DNA from: Candidatus Dojkabacteria bacterium
Lineage (GTDB): Bacteria > Patescibacteriota > Dojkabacteria > J137
Assembly: GCA_030834985.1 (NCBI GenBank)
Contig: JAUQWV010000006.1
Span: forward strand, 140,168 to 204,167
DNA length: 64,000 nucleotides
Direction: 5' to 3'
The position numbers and the translations under genes were made by a program. This document shows positions 22,004-30,923 of this stretch, in pieces. Positions within the stretch are counted from its first letter, which is position 1; the number at the start of each line of letters is the position of its first letter. The notes under the pieces are model-generated. The model was given only the letters and a program-made list of their open reading frames with translations. It was not told the origin of the DNA and made no database searches.

Positions 22004-22067
22004 ACTGTGCATACTTAATGTAAACGCTGGTAAAGTAAGGAAAGTATAGCAAAAAGCTTTCAAATTT

Positions 22068-22271
22068 TCACTTTCGTTTATAGATAACTTTATTATAGTA
22101 TAAGAATAAGAGCATTATAGAAATCGTAGATACGTAATGAAGTACGGCTCTGCCATTTAATAAATTTGAAGAATCACAAATGACGCCGTATAAATCTAAA
22201 TTTCTGGCAATAATACCTTTAATCGCTTTTTCACAATATTCTATAGTTGGGGTATCAAATAAAGATCTCAT
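22068..22271 (-). CDS. Small hypothetical protein, translationally coupled to the upstream ATPase gene
   Basis: 67 aa ORF starting 3 nt after the stop of 22275..24740. Hydrophobic C-terminus. No motif. Confidence 0.3.
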   Translation of the reverse strand: MRSLFDTPTIEYCEKAIKGIIARNLDLYGVICDSSNLLNGRAVLHYVSTISIMLLFLYYNKVIYKRK

Positions 22272-22274
22272 TAT

Positions 22275-24740
22275 TTAGAAACCGCCTAAACCACCGCCAA
22301 ATAATGAAGCTGGCTTCTTTTCTTCCTCAGTTTTTTCTTTAATAAAGGTTCCTCTGAGCTTAATTTCATTTTCAATAATATTCCTATCTTTACCATATTT
22401 AAGTCTGGAAATCTGTTTAGCAACATCTGCTATTTGTGGATTTGACTGTCCAATCATATCGTATGGAGAATCACCATAAAATGATCTAGTAGTAAATGCA
22501 GGTGTTGGTTTACCGTCTGCTAGCATTCTAAAATAAAAATTGAAGTTTTCAATCTGTTGAAGATCTGATTCATCTACAGTTTCACCCATCTCTTTAGATA
22601 GGAATACTGAATCATCGGCCCCCACTCTAAATACGGCTTTATTGCCAACATTACCGAAAACAGCATCTTTTATACTTGTATTATTGCCTTCTCTCACTAA
22701 TTGGCCTACGTATTGATGACCTAAAGTTAAAGCAAGTCTATACTTTCTAGCCTCAGATAGAATAACTTTGATTCCGTCGGTCAAGTAGTTTTGAAACTCA
22801 TCAATGTATAAATAGAATGGATTTCTAGATTTTTCATCGGTCCCTTCCCTTTCAAGAGCTGCAACAAGAAACTTACCAACTATTATCATACCAAGCAATG
22901 CTGCATTTAACTCACCTATCTTACCTTTGGTTAATTTAACAATAAGGATCTTGCCTTCATCCATTATTTTTCTAAAGTTTATTGTTGATTCCTGCTGAGC
23001 AATAATCGGCCTTACATACTGGTTAGTCAAAAATGGAGCTAATTTAGAAACAACGTATGGAGTAACATTCTTTAATCCAACATCTCCTGTAGCCTGCTCT
23101 GCCTGTTTTCGCCAGAAGTCAATCACCTCTTGGTCTGTGCATTTTGACAGCTTGTAGTTTCGATAGCCGTCATCTGCAAATATTTTTGGGATCTCCATTA
23201 AAGTAGAGCCCGATTCAATATCATCTGTTAAAAGCATAATTGCATATCTGAAGTACTGTTCAAACATTGGGCCTCCGGTAACTTTCAGATTGTACAATGT
23301 ATCAAAAATATTCAACATTTCGTTGGTAACAAGTGTACGTTGTGCCGGATTGCTAAACTCAAGCATATTCAAACCTACTGGGCGCTCTAAATCTGAAGGA
23401 TCAAAGATTACAACATCTTCCACTCTTTCAGGAGGGATCTGTTGTAATAATTTTTCAGCATCTGTTCCGTGTGGGTCAATATATCCGCATCCGTGACCCA
23501 ACTTCATATCTCTAATCATCATTCCCGACATAAATGCAGATTTACCTGTACCAGTTTGACCAATAACATAAAAGTGCCTTAAGCGGTCTTCAGGTTTAAT
23601 AAAGATCTCTTTAAATTGTCCTCTAAACGAGTTACGGCCTACGTACATATAGTCTTTTTGATAAGTGCTTGCCACAAAATCTGGAGCAGGAGCTTTTTTT
23701 GCTAGAAGCCACTTTATGTGAGGCGCTTCTACATTTTTATTTGGGAAGTGAAATAAAGTGGCTAGTTCAGCTGTATTTAAAATCATAGACTGCCTTGGTA
23801 TTCGGTATATTACATCTTCAGCAATAGTGCCTACTTCTTTATCTTTCATCTTTTTAAATTTATTTCCACCTTCTTTTAAGAACTGATCAAAAAGACTTAA
23901 AGAGTTAGCAAGGCTGGAGTCTGCACTAAATTTAGTATCCGAAATACAAACGATTCGTACATCTGTATAAAAGCCAGATTTATCTGCTTTTTTATCCATC
24001 AATGAAATCGTATCGTCGTCAAATTTAGGCTTTGATGCTTTTTCGCCTTCTTTAGCGGGCTCTCTGAGCTTTTTAACAAAATCTTTTGCTTCGTTACGCC
24101 ATTTAGAGCCCGCTGGGGAAATTATCATTTGAAAAACTGCCCCTTCGTTATCACGAAGCTTACTGAAAATATCTGTTAGCGCACCAACTGAATCAACTGC
24201 AAGCTCTTCATAGGTCTGAAATGGTATTCTAGTATCTTTATCAAGTTTTAAAGCAGCATATGAAGCGTATGCTGCATCAGGAAATAAGTTGTATTCTTTA
24301 ACCTGATTAATTTCAGCCTGAGGGTATGTACTGTTAATTTGTCTATCAACAATATTTGCAATACTTTTAGGACACACCACATAAAATTTAATAGACTCTT
24401 TAAATGCTACTATTTCAAAACTTACAAACTTTCTTGCGCCAATAAAGCTCTTAAATCCTTTAAGTTCCTCTCCTATACCTAACAACCCTGTATACATCTG
24501 CTCTGCTGCTCTAATTTCAACATCATTTGAATTAGGCAGTTTTACTTCAAAGAAAACTAAACCTAACCCTTTACGTTTTAAAACTGCCTGTTTAAAGCCC
24601 TGAAGATATTTAACTAGAAGAAAGCCACCTATAACTGCGAGTGCTAATAAAACAAAAATTATAACTGCAGCGCTTTGTACAGCACTCGCAGAAACAATTT
24701 CTTGTGTATTAAGATTTGATACGGATTGAGTTCCAAACAT
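22275..24740 (-). CDS. VirB4/VirD4-superfamily type-IV-secretion ATPase (VirB4/TrbE-like by size and motif positions)
   Basis: 821 aa. N-terminal TM AVIIFVLLALAVIGGFLLVKY. Walker A HFYVIGQTGTGKSAFMSG at ~aa 395. DPxGE-like motif YIDPHGTDAEKL. Walker B LYIDEFQNY at ~aa 645. This architecture is typical of VirB4/TrbE/CagE or TraG-like conjugation ATPases. Confidence 0.65.
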   Translation of the reverse strand: MFGTQSVSNLNTQEIVSASAVQSAAVIIFVLLALAVIGGFLLVKYLQGFKQAVLKRKGLGLVFFEVKLPNSNDVEIRAAEQMYTGLLGIGEELKGFKSFIGARKFVSFEIVAFKESIKFYVVCPKSIANIVDRQINSTYPQAEINQVKEYNLFPDAAYASYAALKLDKDTRIPFQTYEELAVDSVGALTDIFSKLRDNEGAVFQMIISPAGSKWRNEAKDFVKKLREPAKEGEKASKPKFDDDTISLMDKKADKSGFYTDVRIVCISDTKFSADSSLANSLSLFDQFLKEGGNKFKKMKDKEVGTIAEDVIYRIPRQSMILNTAELATLFHFPNKNVEAPHIKWLLAKKAPAPDFVASTYQKDYMYVGRNSFRGQFKEIFIKPEDRLRHFYVIGQTGTGKSAFMSGMMIRDMKLGHGCGYIDPHGTDAEKLLQQIPPERVEDVVIFDPSDLERPVGLNMLEFSNPAQRTLVTNEMLNIFDTLYNLKVTGGPMFEQYFRYAIMLLTDDIESGSTLMEIPKIFADDGYRNYKLSKCTDQEVIDFWRKQAEQATGDVGLKNVTPYVVSKLAPFLTNQYVRPIIAQQESTINFRKIMDEGKILIVKLTKGKIGELNAALLGMIIVGKFLVAALEREGTDEKSRNPFYLYIDEFQNYLTDGIKVILSEARKYRLALTLGHQYVGQLVREGNNTSIKDAVFGNVGNKAVFRVGADDSVFLSKEMGETVDESDLQQIENFNFYFRMLADGKPTPAFTTRSFYGDSPYDMIGQSNPQIADVAKQISRLKYGKDRNIIENEIKLRGTFIKEKTEEEKKPASLFGGGLGGF

Positions 24741-24806
24741 TTATATACTGCTAATTCGATTTATTATAGATTATTTTACCAGTTGAGGTAAGAGGATTTA
24801 TGCGAC

Positions 24807-25361
24807 TTACTTTTTTGACAAGCCCTGTTCTTCTATAAATTTTTGAAACTGAACAGAAAGCCACTTAGAAGTTGAGCTTAAAGATTTTTTGCTGTTCCGC
24901 TTAATATATTCAATTGCTTTATTAATATAAACAGGATTTATTGGAGGCTTAAAGCCATCTCCGTAAGGAGATTCTGCTTCTTCCGACTTAGCGGCAACTT
25001 GTATTGTAGCTGGTGTTGGGGCAGGTTGTGCTTGTTGGATAGCTGCCTCTTGTTGTTTTTCAACAGACTTTTCTATTGAGCTTTCTTTTTCAACTGTGGT
25101 TTCTATATTAGAATCTATCACTTGAGGCACTGCAGGCATATTAGGCATAGATTCCATTCCTCCATTAGACCCGCTAGCCTGAGAATTAGCAATTTGAGTT
25201 TTTACAAAATCATATGCAACACTTAAAAGCACAACCTGCCCATTTGGCGCAACTACTAAGGTCAGTCCGCTTTCGTCATAACCAAAGAACTTAAAACCAA
25301 ACTTTTCTACCAGTTTTAGTACTTCTATATCATTATTTTGAGCAACTGTCTGATTATTCAT
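24807..25361 (-). CDS. Hypothetical protein (Ala/Gln/Pro-rich linker)
   Basis: 184 aa ORF with no recognisable motif. Tightly packed between smpB and the ATPase gene. Confidence 0.45.
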   Translation of the reverse strand: MNNQTVAQNNDIEVLKLVEKFGFKFFGYDESGLTLVVAPNGQVVLLSVAYDFVKTQIANSQASGSNGGMESMPNMPAVPQVIDSNIETTVEKESSIEKSVEKQQEAAIQQAQPAPTPATIQVAAKSEEAESPYGDGFKPPINPVYINKAIEYIKRNSKKSLSSTSKWLSVQFQKFIEEQGLSKK

Positions 25362-25363
25362 AT

Positions 25364-25819
25364 TTATATATTATATTTTTTTCTATCTCTTTCGATTCCT
25401 CTTTTTATATCTTTTTCCTTAATAACATTTCTTTTATCAAATTTTTTTCGTCCTTTTACTAATGCAACATTTAATTTTACTAAACCTCTATCATCCTGTA
25501 TTACTTCTAAAGGAACAATTGTAATACCAGGCTGTTTTACTGAAGCTGCTAGCACAGTAATTTGTCTTTTAGTTAATAATAGCTTTCTTCTGCGCTTCTC
25601 ATCTACTTTAGATGAGCTACTTGCAAACTTCCACATTGGAATATTTGCACCCTCTAAAAACATTTCATTGTTTACATTTTTGATATATGCCCCAGCAAGG
25701 CTGATTTTACCAGCTTTAACAGACTTTACTTCCCATCCGAGCAAATTGATTCCAGCTGTAACGGTATCTAAAACGTCGAAGTCAAAATATGCCTTTTTAT
25801 TACTTGCTAGAACTTTCAT
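25364..25819 (-). CDS. smpB: SsrA-binding protein SmpB
   Basis: 151 aa. MKVLASNKKAYFDFDVLDTVTAGINLLGWEVKSVKAGKISLAGAYIK matches the SmpB N-terminal consensus (K-x-A-x-N-K-K-A-x-x-D-Y ... G-x-E-V-K-S). Basic C-terminal tail. Confidence 0.9.
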   Translation of the reverse strand: MKVLASNKKAYFDFDVLDTVTAGINLLGWEVKSVKAGKISLAGAYIKNVNNEMFLEGANIPMWKFASSSSKVDEKRRRKLLLTKRQITVLAASVKQPGITIVPLEVIQDDRGLVKLNVALVKGRKKFDKRNVIKEKDIKRGIERDRKKYNI

Positions 25820-25825
25820 CTACAA

Positions 25826-28411
25826 TTAAATATCCAACCTTATTATTGTGGTACCATCCAGTACATAGATTGCTCTACTTGCCTCGTTTACAACTACTTC
25901 TTTAATATTTTTAAATATATTTGAATCACTGCCTCTATAAATATATGAAGTATTATAGATTAAGTTTTTAGCATCTGAGTCCTCGATTGTAAAAAGCATA
26001 ACCCTTCGGTTATTTGGATCGGCAACCGCTAAAAGTTTACCATCAATGTCAATGGCAGTAGCATTAGAAATAGAATCTATATCTTTCTGTATTGTATTAA
26101 CAAAACTATCGGCAGTAATTGTATTTTCGCCTCCTGCTAAGTATCTGCGCAATCCTTTACCTCTAATTAATGTATAGATTTCGTAAGGAACTGTAATATC
26201 AATTGCACTTCCAAATTCTGGATCAGTTTTCCAATTAGGAGGATTCTGAACATTATATACTGCGCCTCCACCTACATAACCGTCAGCATCTTTATCTCTT
26301 TTAAATATCTGTTGGTGATTTTGATGTATTTCGTATAAGGCATCATTACCACTAAAGACAGCTGCTTTAGTAACATTTCCAATAACAGATTGAGAGAGAC
26401 CAGGAATCCTTTGAACACTTCCATCTCCAGATAGATTAATCTTGCCAACTGCACTTGTTGAATCGGTATCAAAGAATATAACGTCACCCGCTACATTCTT
26501 TGTTAGTGTGTATGGGGCACTCAGATTCGTTGCTATTTGATTTATCTGGGAATTCTCCTGAGTGCCCACTTGATAAATCGTATTTCTTCCTTTATCTGAA
26601 ACATATAGACCACCTGCTGCAAATACCATATCAGTCACATTCGCGTCTGAATATAACTTCCCGATATCTGCAATTACCAAAGGTTCACTAAATCCTACAA
26701 TTCCTAAAATATCATCCTTATTAGTTTGGATCTTTGTCTGTGCAGCATCAATTTCATCCAAGAATAGCTCTTCTTTTTTCTGAGCTTCAAATTTATTATT
26801 TAAACTATCTAATTGATTAACTAATTCTGTTTTTTGATCATCTGAAGTTGCAGATGGAATTCTTCTGATTATAGAATTAAGATCAGAAGTATAGGTATCG
26901 ATATTCGATCTTACCTGCTCCACCCTAGATTCTTCCTGTAATTGGATATTTCTATTGTTTATTGAATTAATGATAACCACACCTAAAACGATCACAAGAA
27001 TTATCAATATAATTCTGTTTCGTTTTCTACGTCTTGCTTTAGCAAACATATCTCGTCTATCATCCACACCTCCACCTATAAATTCTTTTTTAAACCAGCC
27101 TAAGAAACGAACAATCAAATCTTTTATCTTTATTACGATATCACGTAAATATTTAATATAAGTTTTATTACTTTTTTGCAAAAAAGGCATTAATTTTGTT
27201 TGAGAAAATGTTTTCAATCTCTCTGCAGCAGGGCCTGATGCTGCACCAAATTTGGATGTACTCCCATACAGTACATCTTCATCTTCAAATTGATCTTCTT
27301 GAAATTGACTGAACCTTTTTTCTCCTGAAGGTCTAAGTTCATCATCGTCTTCAAAGTCAACTTCAATCGGCACAGGTCTTGCGCTTTGAGCACCAGTCTG
27401 TGTACGCAGGTTATCTAGACTAGATCTACCAGCTGCAATAGAACGTGTTAAACCGCCTCTTAATCGACTCATTAACAATTTACCTCTTGGAATTTCTGCT
27501 TCAACATCTGCTAATGATCGAACATTTATCTCCTCTTCATCTTCTATACGTACATCATCTAATTCTACGGATTCAGCAGATACATTAGCCAAAGCATCAA
27601 TTGAATCTTCTGCTTCAAAATCCTCATCTTGAATTGGAATGTATTTAGCAGAGCCAGCAGAACCATCGATATACTCACCTTCTTCGTCTTCAACTTGAGC
27701 AGCAACTTCTGCTGGCTCTGCTAAATCAGCTAAAGGTTCATTTAAAACTTCATCCGGATCAGCATCTGCGGTTTTCCACTCATCATTTTCATCTGCTAAA
27801 AGCAATACTGCGGCACCTTGTTTAGATGCTAATGGTGATAAAGCTTTTATTCTTAAATTACTTACAGCTTCTTGAATAATATTTGAATCAATATCATTTG
27901 CAGTAGATGTAGAAAGAGCTAACCTATCCCCTTCTTCCAGTTCTAAACTTCCGGTTTTTAAGAAGCCCATCATACTTCCATCTGTTAGGCCTTGAGATAA
28001 GTCTGCATAGCGGTCACCTCTCTTAATAAATACCTTTGTTTCTCCGATTACTCCCAAATACAAAAAGTTCTTTTCAAAAAGTGCTAACCCAAGCTCAATA
28101 TCTAAACCATTTTGAGCGTATCTTTCATCTGAAGAAAGCAAAGTTTCCATTTTGGATTTCATTTTCCATACAGCATTTTCAAGTCTAATGTTGTAATCAC
28201 CTTCTTTTCCTTCCTCGAATAAATAATTCTGAAGCTCATCCAAAAACATTTTTGCTAATGCTTCCAAACGAGTTTCATTATTTGCTGTTTCAAGTTTAAT
28301 AATTGCAAAAAGCTCTAGAGGTTCAATGGAATTTTCAGGTTTAAAGTAATAAACTCCAGCCCACGAGTTAGAAGATTGAGTGCCGACTAAAAAATCTGCT
28401 CTTAATTGCAT
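25826..28411 (-). CDS. Large membrane protein: N-terminal cytoplasmic domain (possibly PP2C/SpoIIE-like), acidic linker, one TM helix, and a C-terminal extracellular repeat (beta-propeller-like) domain
   Basis: 861 aa. TM ILIILVIVLGVVIINSI at ~aa 480. Acidic stretch DEDFEAEDSIDAL...EDEEEINV. C-terminal repeats with NHL-like patterns (DIDGKLLAVADPNNRRVMLF). The N-terminal fold assignment is tentative. Confidence 0.5.
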   Translation of the reverse strand: MQLRADFLVGTQSSNSWAGVYYFKPENSIEPLELFAIIKLETANNETRLEALAKMFLDELQNYLFEEGKEGDYNIRLENAVWKMKSKMETLLSSDERYAQNGLDIELGLALFEKNFLYLGVIGETKVFIKRGDRYADLSQGLTDGSMMGFLKTGSLELEEGDRLALSTSTANDIDSNIIQEAVSNLRIKALSPLASKQGAAVLLLADENDEWKTADADPDEVLNEPLADLAEPAEVAAQVEDEEGEYIDGSAGSAKYIPIQDEDFEAEDSIDALANVSAESVELDDVRIEDEEEINVRSLADVEAEIPRGKLLMSRLRGGLTRSIAAGRSSLDNLRTQTGAQSARPVPIEVDFEDDDELRPSGEKRFSQFQEDQFEDEDVLYGSTSKFGAASGPAAERLKTFSQTKLMPFLQKSNKTYIKYLRDIVIKIKDLIVRFLGWFKKEFIGGGVDDRRDMFAKARRRKRNRIILIILVIVLGVVIINSINNRNIQLQEESRVEQVRSNIDTYTSDLNSIIRRIPSATSDDQKTELVNQLDSLNNKFEAQKKEELFLDEIDAAQTKIQTNKDDILGIVGFSEPLVIADIGKLYSDANVTDMVFAAGGLYVSDKGRNTIYQVGTQENSQINQIATNLSAPYTLTKNVAGDVIFFDTDSTSAVGKINLSGDGSVQRIPGLSQSVIGNVTKAAVFSGNDALYEIHQNHQQIFKRDKDADGYVGGGAVYNVQNPPNWKTDPEFGSAIDITVPYEIYTLIRGKGLRRYLAGGENTITADSFVNTIQKDIDSISNATAIDIDGKLLAVADPNNRRVMLFTIEDSDAKNLIYNTSYIYRGSDSNIFKNIKEVVVNEASRAIYVLDGTTIIRLDI

Positions 28412-28468
28412 ATACTTAAGTAACTTAACAATGTCTTTTAACAGTATATCAAAAAGAAATTTGTAAAG

Positions 28469-28690
28469 TTATGCAGACAAAATCAAAATTAGAGTTCCAA
28501 TTAAAATCGCTATATATGCGACTGATATTAAATCGAAGATTGGTCCATTACTTGTTTTGATAATTCTATTCATCTTTAAAGTTTGGAACACAAGAATAAA
28601 TCCTGCAAACATGTGAATAACACCAACAATGATTGCAATAATTTTTATAAATTCAATTATTTCTGGTGTTAATAAATCAGAGATTATCAT
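28469..28690 (-). CDS. Small two-TM membrane protein
   Basis: 73 aa, almost entirely hydrophobic. Overlaps the upstream gene by 14 nt, which suggests coupling. Confidence 0.4.
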   Translation of the reverse strand: MIISDLLTPEIIEFIKIIAIIVGVIHMFAGFILVFQTLKMNRIIKTSNGPIFDLISVAYIAILIGTLILILSA

Positions 28691-29435
28691 ATCTATAAGT
28701 TTTTGCTACATTAGATAAATCGGTAATTATATCTCTTACTTTTGTAGGAGAAGGTACCTTTAAACAAACCATTTCAGTTCTATCACTTGCACTGTAAACC
28801 AAAACATTACCATAATTAAAAATATCGCCGATAATTCCTGCAGAACGCTCTTTAACTTCCTGAATATCCTGCAGATTAACTTCAGAAACCGAGTAGCTTG
28901 AAAAAGGCCGGTAGTCATAATCCATAATTCGCTGATCAGTTACAATAAACGGATCAAAATACCAGTCAATAAAATGAGATACAATATCTGTAAAAATAAA
29001 AGAATAATAAACAAGCGCTAAAATAGTTGCTGCCTTGCTGCTTAAAAAGGAGATATCCATCTGTGCATTAAAAGCTACAAGAATTGAAGAAACTATAAAA
29101 GGTAAAATTATCAGAAAGAGGTTTTTTATAACCCAGCTTAGGTTAGTTAGCCAATGAGCTCTTACCAGTACATATACTTTTTCATCCGGATTTTGAGTTT
29201 CAAATACCAAATTAGGCTTTAAAATCATTGAGCCCCAAGTTAGGCCTATTTTCTTAGGTACGATTTTATCAGCTTCCTTTTCACGCATCCTCATTACATA
29301 TTCACGATTAGTTTGAGGCGGCTGCATATTTGTGGGATAGTAGTAGTAACCATTAAAAGGATTAGCCATGCCATTAGAGTGCAGTGGCCGTGGTTCTTTA
29401 TTTAGTTTCTGCTCGCTTTGATTGAATTTATCCAT
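28677..29435 (-). CDS. Membrane protein with a membrane-flanked PH-like (YdbS/YdbT bPH_2-type) architecture
   Basis: 252 aa. Two adjacent TM helices (IKNLFLIILPFIVSSILVAF; AATILALVYYSFIFTDIVSHF) followed by a soluble domain (IVTDQRIMDYDYRPFS...). Assignment by architecture only. Confidence 0.45.
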   Translation of the reverse strand: MDKFNQSEQKLNKEPRPLHSNGMANPFNGYYYYPTNMQPPQTNREYVMRMREKEADKIVPKKIGLTWGSMILKPNLVFETQNPDEKVYVLVRAHWLTNLSWVIKNLFLIILPFIVSSILVAFNAQMDISFLSSKAATILALVYYSFIFTDIVSHFIDWYFDPFIVTDQRIMDYDYRPFSSYSVSEVNLQDIQEVKERSAGIIGDIFNYGNVLVYSASDRTEMVCLKVPSPTKVRDIITDLSNVAKTYRYDNL

Positions 29436-29448
29436 ACCTGATTATAAC

Positions 29449-30912
29449 TTATTTAGGATTTACTAATATAATCTGGTTACTAATCTGCGGCACACTTGCT
29501 GCATCTATCAAAAATACTGGGAAAAACTGGCTTACTTGGGTGGCTAACTCTATTTTCTTTGAGATTGCCTGAATTTCTTGGTCAAGAAGTGAGGATTTCT
29601 GCAATGATTCCGAATTTCCTTTAAAGCCAAATTCAATATTCTCTTTTTCTATCTTTAAGATATCGACCTCTCTTCTTTTTTTATAGTATTCATCCGAGGT
29701 AATAGATTTACTACTTAACTCTTCTATTTCAGTATTTTTTTGAGCTAATTTACTAGAAATATCTTTTAGATCTGCTTGTAAAGTCTCGTATGATTTACCA
29801 TTCAAGTTTTTTTCAATATTTCGACCTAATAAATCAATCTCTAATTTCAATGCATTAAGTAAAGCTGAATTTATAAAAAGCTGAGAGTTCGGATCTGAAT
29901 AATTCCTAACATTGTCAACCTGAGCTACGGGAGCTACATTGGGGACCATCTGTGCGCTTAAAGCTAAGTCATCTTCACTTGCAGGTAAACCTTCCAGCGC
30001 ATCTTTATAGAATCGGGAAATTATATACAGTAAGCTTAAAATCACAGAGAATATCATTCCAGCCAATAAGACAGAAAAGCTGTATGAATAGAGAAATCCG
30101 ATAATCGTAATAACAATATTAAGTATTGCTAGAACCACTGTCGGATTAACCTCAAATATCCGTTGTCTTTTATTTTCATCTTCTTCTGAGTTTATGATTG
30201 GTGCGTTTCTTTTAGAAGATAGATTCGTATTTGTAAACTCAATCTTTTTACTTTTTAGATCTGTAACCTCTTCTTTAGAAGGTGCAGCTGAATTAAAAGA
30301 ATCTATTTTACTTTGTAGCTCGTTTTTCTTTGTAATAATCAACTCTACCGACTTTAGCATTTGAGATATTGTATCCTGCTCTGTTTTCAACGACTTTATT
30401 TCCTTATTTATTTCATCCTTTAATTTCTTTTCATTTTGGTAAAAATCAACCTGTTCCTGTACAGATTTAATTCTAGATTCAACTTCCTGAAGTCTAGCAA
30501 ACTTTTGTTTTTCCTCTTCTGATAGTGATTGCTGCAGCTGCCCCGATAGCGATGTCTTTTGTTGCTTTTTTGCTTCAAGTTCAGATTGTAAGGATGGGTC
30601 AATAGTTAATACTAATCTTTTTATATTATTTACAAATTCATCGGATTGTATGGCAGCTGCATTAATAACTCTACTTTGTAATGCTTGTTCAGAAAGGATT
30701 ATGCCAGCTTGAGCTTTAAGAATCTCAAAAAAACTTTGTTCCGATGGTACTGTGTATTCGGTATTATCAGCCACTTGAAAGCTCAAGCTGGCGTCCTGTA
30801 CAACTTGGTTACTCAAAATCTGCAAAACTTTATTCATTTCGTCTAAAGAAATTGATTCATTCTCTAGATTAATTACTCTATCTGCATTTTTGAATATTTT
30901 TAGTTTAAACAT
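29449..30912 (-). CDS. Coiled-coil protein with a central pair of TM helices
   Basis: 487 aa. Long heptad-like Gln/Glu/Lys-rich stretches. Central hydrophobic hairpin VVLAILNIVITIIGFLYSYSFSVLLAGMIFSVILSLLYII. Confidence 0.5.
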   Translation of the reverse strand: MFKLKIFKNADRVINLENESISLDEMNKVLQILSNQVVQDASLSFQVADNTEYTVPSEQSFFEILKAQAGIILSEQALQSRVINAAAIQSDEFVNNIKRLVLTIDPSLQSELEAKKQQKTSLSGQLQQSLSEEEKQKFARLQEVESRIKSVQEQVDFYQNEKKLKDEINKEIKSLKTEQDTISQMLKSVELIITKKNELQSKIDSFNSAAPSKEEVTDLKSKKIEFTNTNLSSKRNAPIINSEEDENKRQRIFEVNPTVVLAILNIVITIIGFLYSYSFSVLLAGMIFSVILSLLYIISRFYKDALEGLPASEDDLALSAQMVPNVAPVAQVDNVRNYSDPNSQLFINSALLNALKLEIDLLGRNIEKNLNGKSYETLQADLKDISSKLAQKNTEIEELSSKSITSDEYYKKRREVDILKIEKENIEFGFKGNSESLQKSSLLDQEIQAISKKIELATQVSQFFPVFLIDAASVPQISNQIILVNPK

Positions 30913-30923
30913 CTGACAGAAAG

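Larger units (their letters stand above)
21747..22015. repeat. Symmetric nested repeat structure: 18-bp perfect terminal inverted repeats enclosing a 5'-half copy, a complete copy and a 3'-half copy of the same tRNA-Ile(UAU) gene, separated by two 50-nt spacers
   Basis: Layout on the plus strand: IR-L agtatgcacagt + aggcct (21747..21764); 37-nt exact copy of tRNA positions ~37-73 (21759..21795); 50-nt spacer; full tRNA (21845..21918); 50-nt spacer; 35-nt exact copy of tRNA positions 1-34/35 (21969..22003); IR-R aggcct + actgtgcatact (21998..22015). Segment lengths are 12 / 37 / 50 / 73 / 50 / 35 / 12. The spacers are partial reverse complements of each other (shared aaatttgc(a/g)a ends, gtttatggg core, cgact/agtcg abutting the central tRNA). 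Confidence 0.85.
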
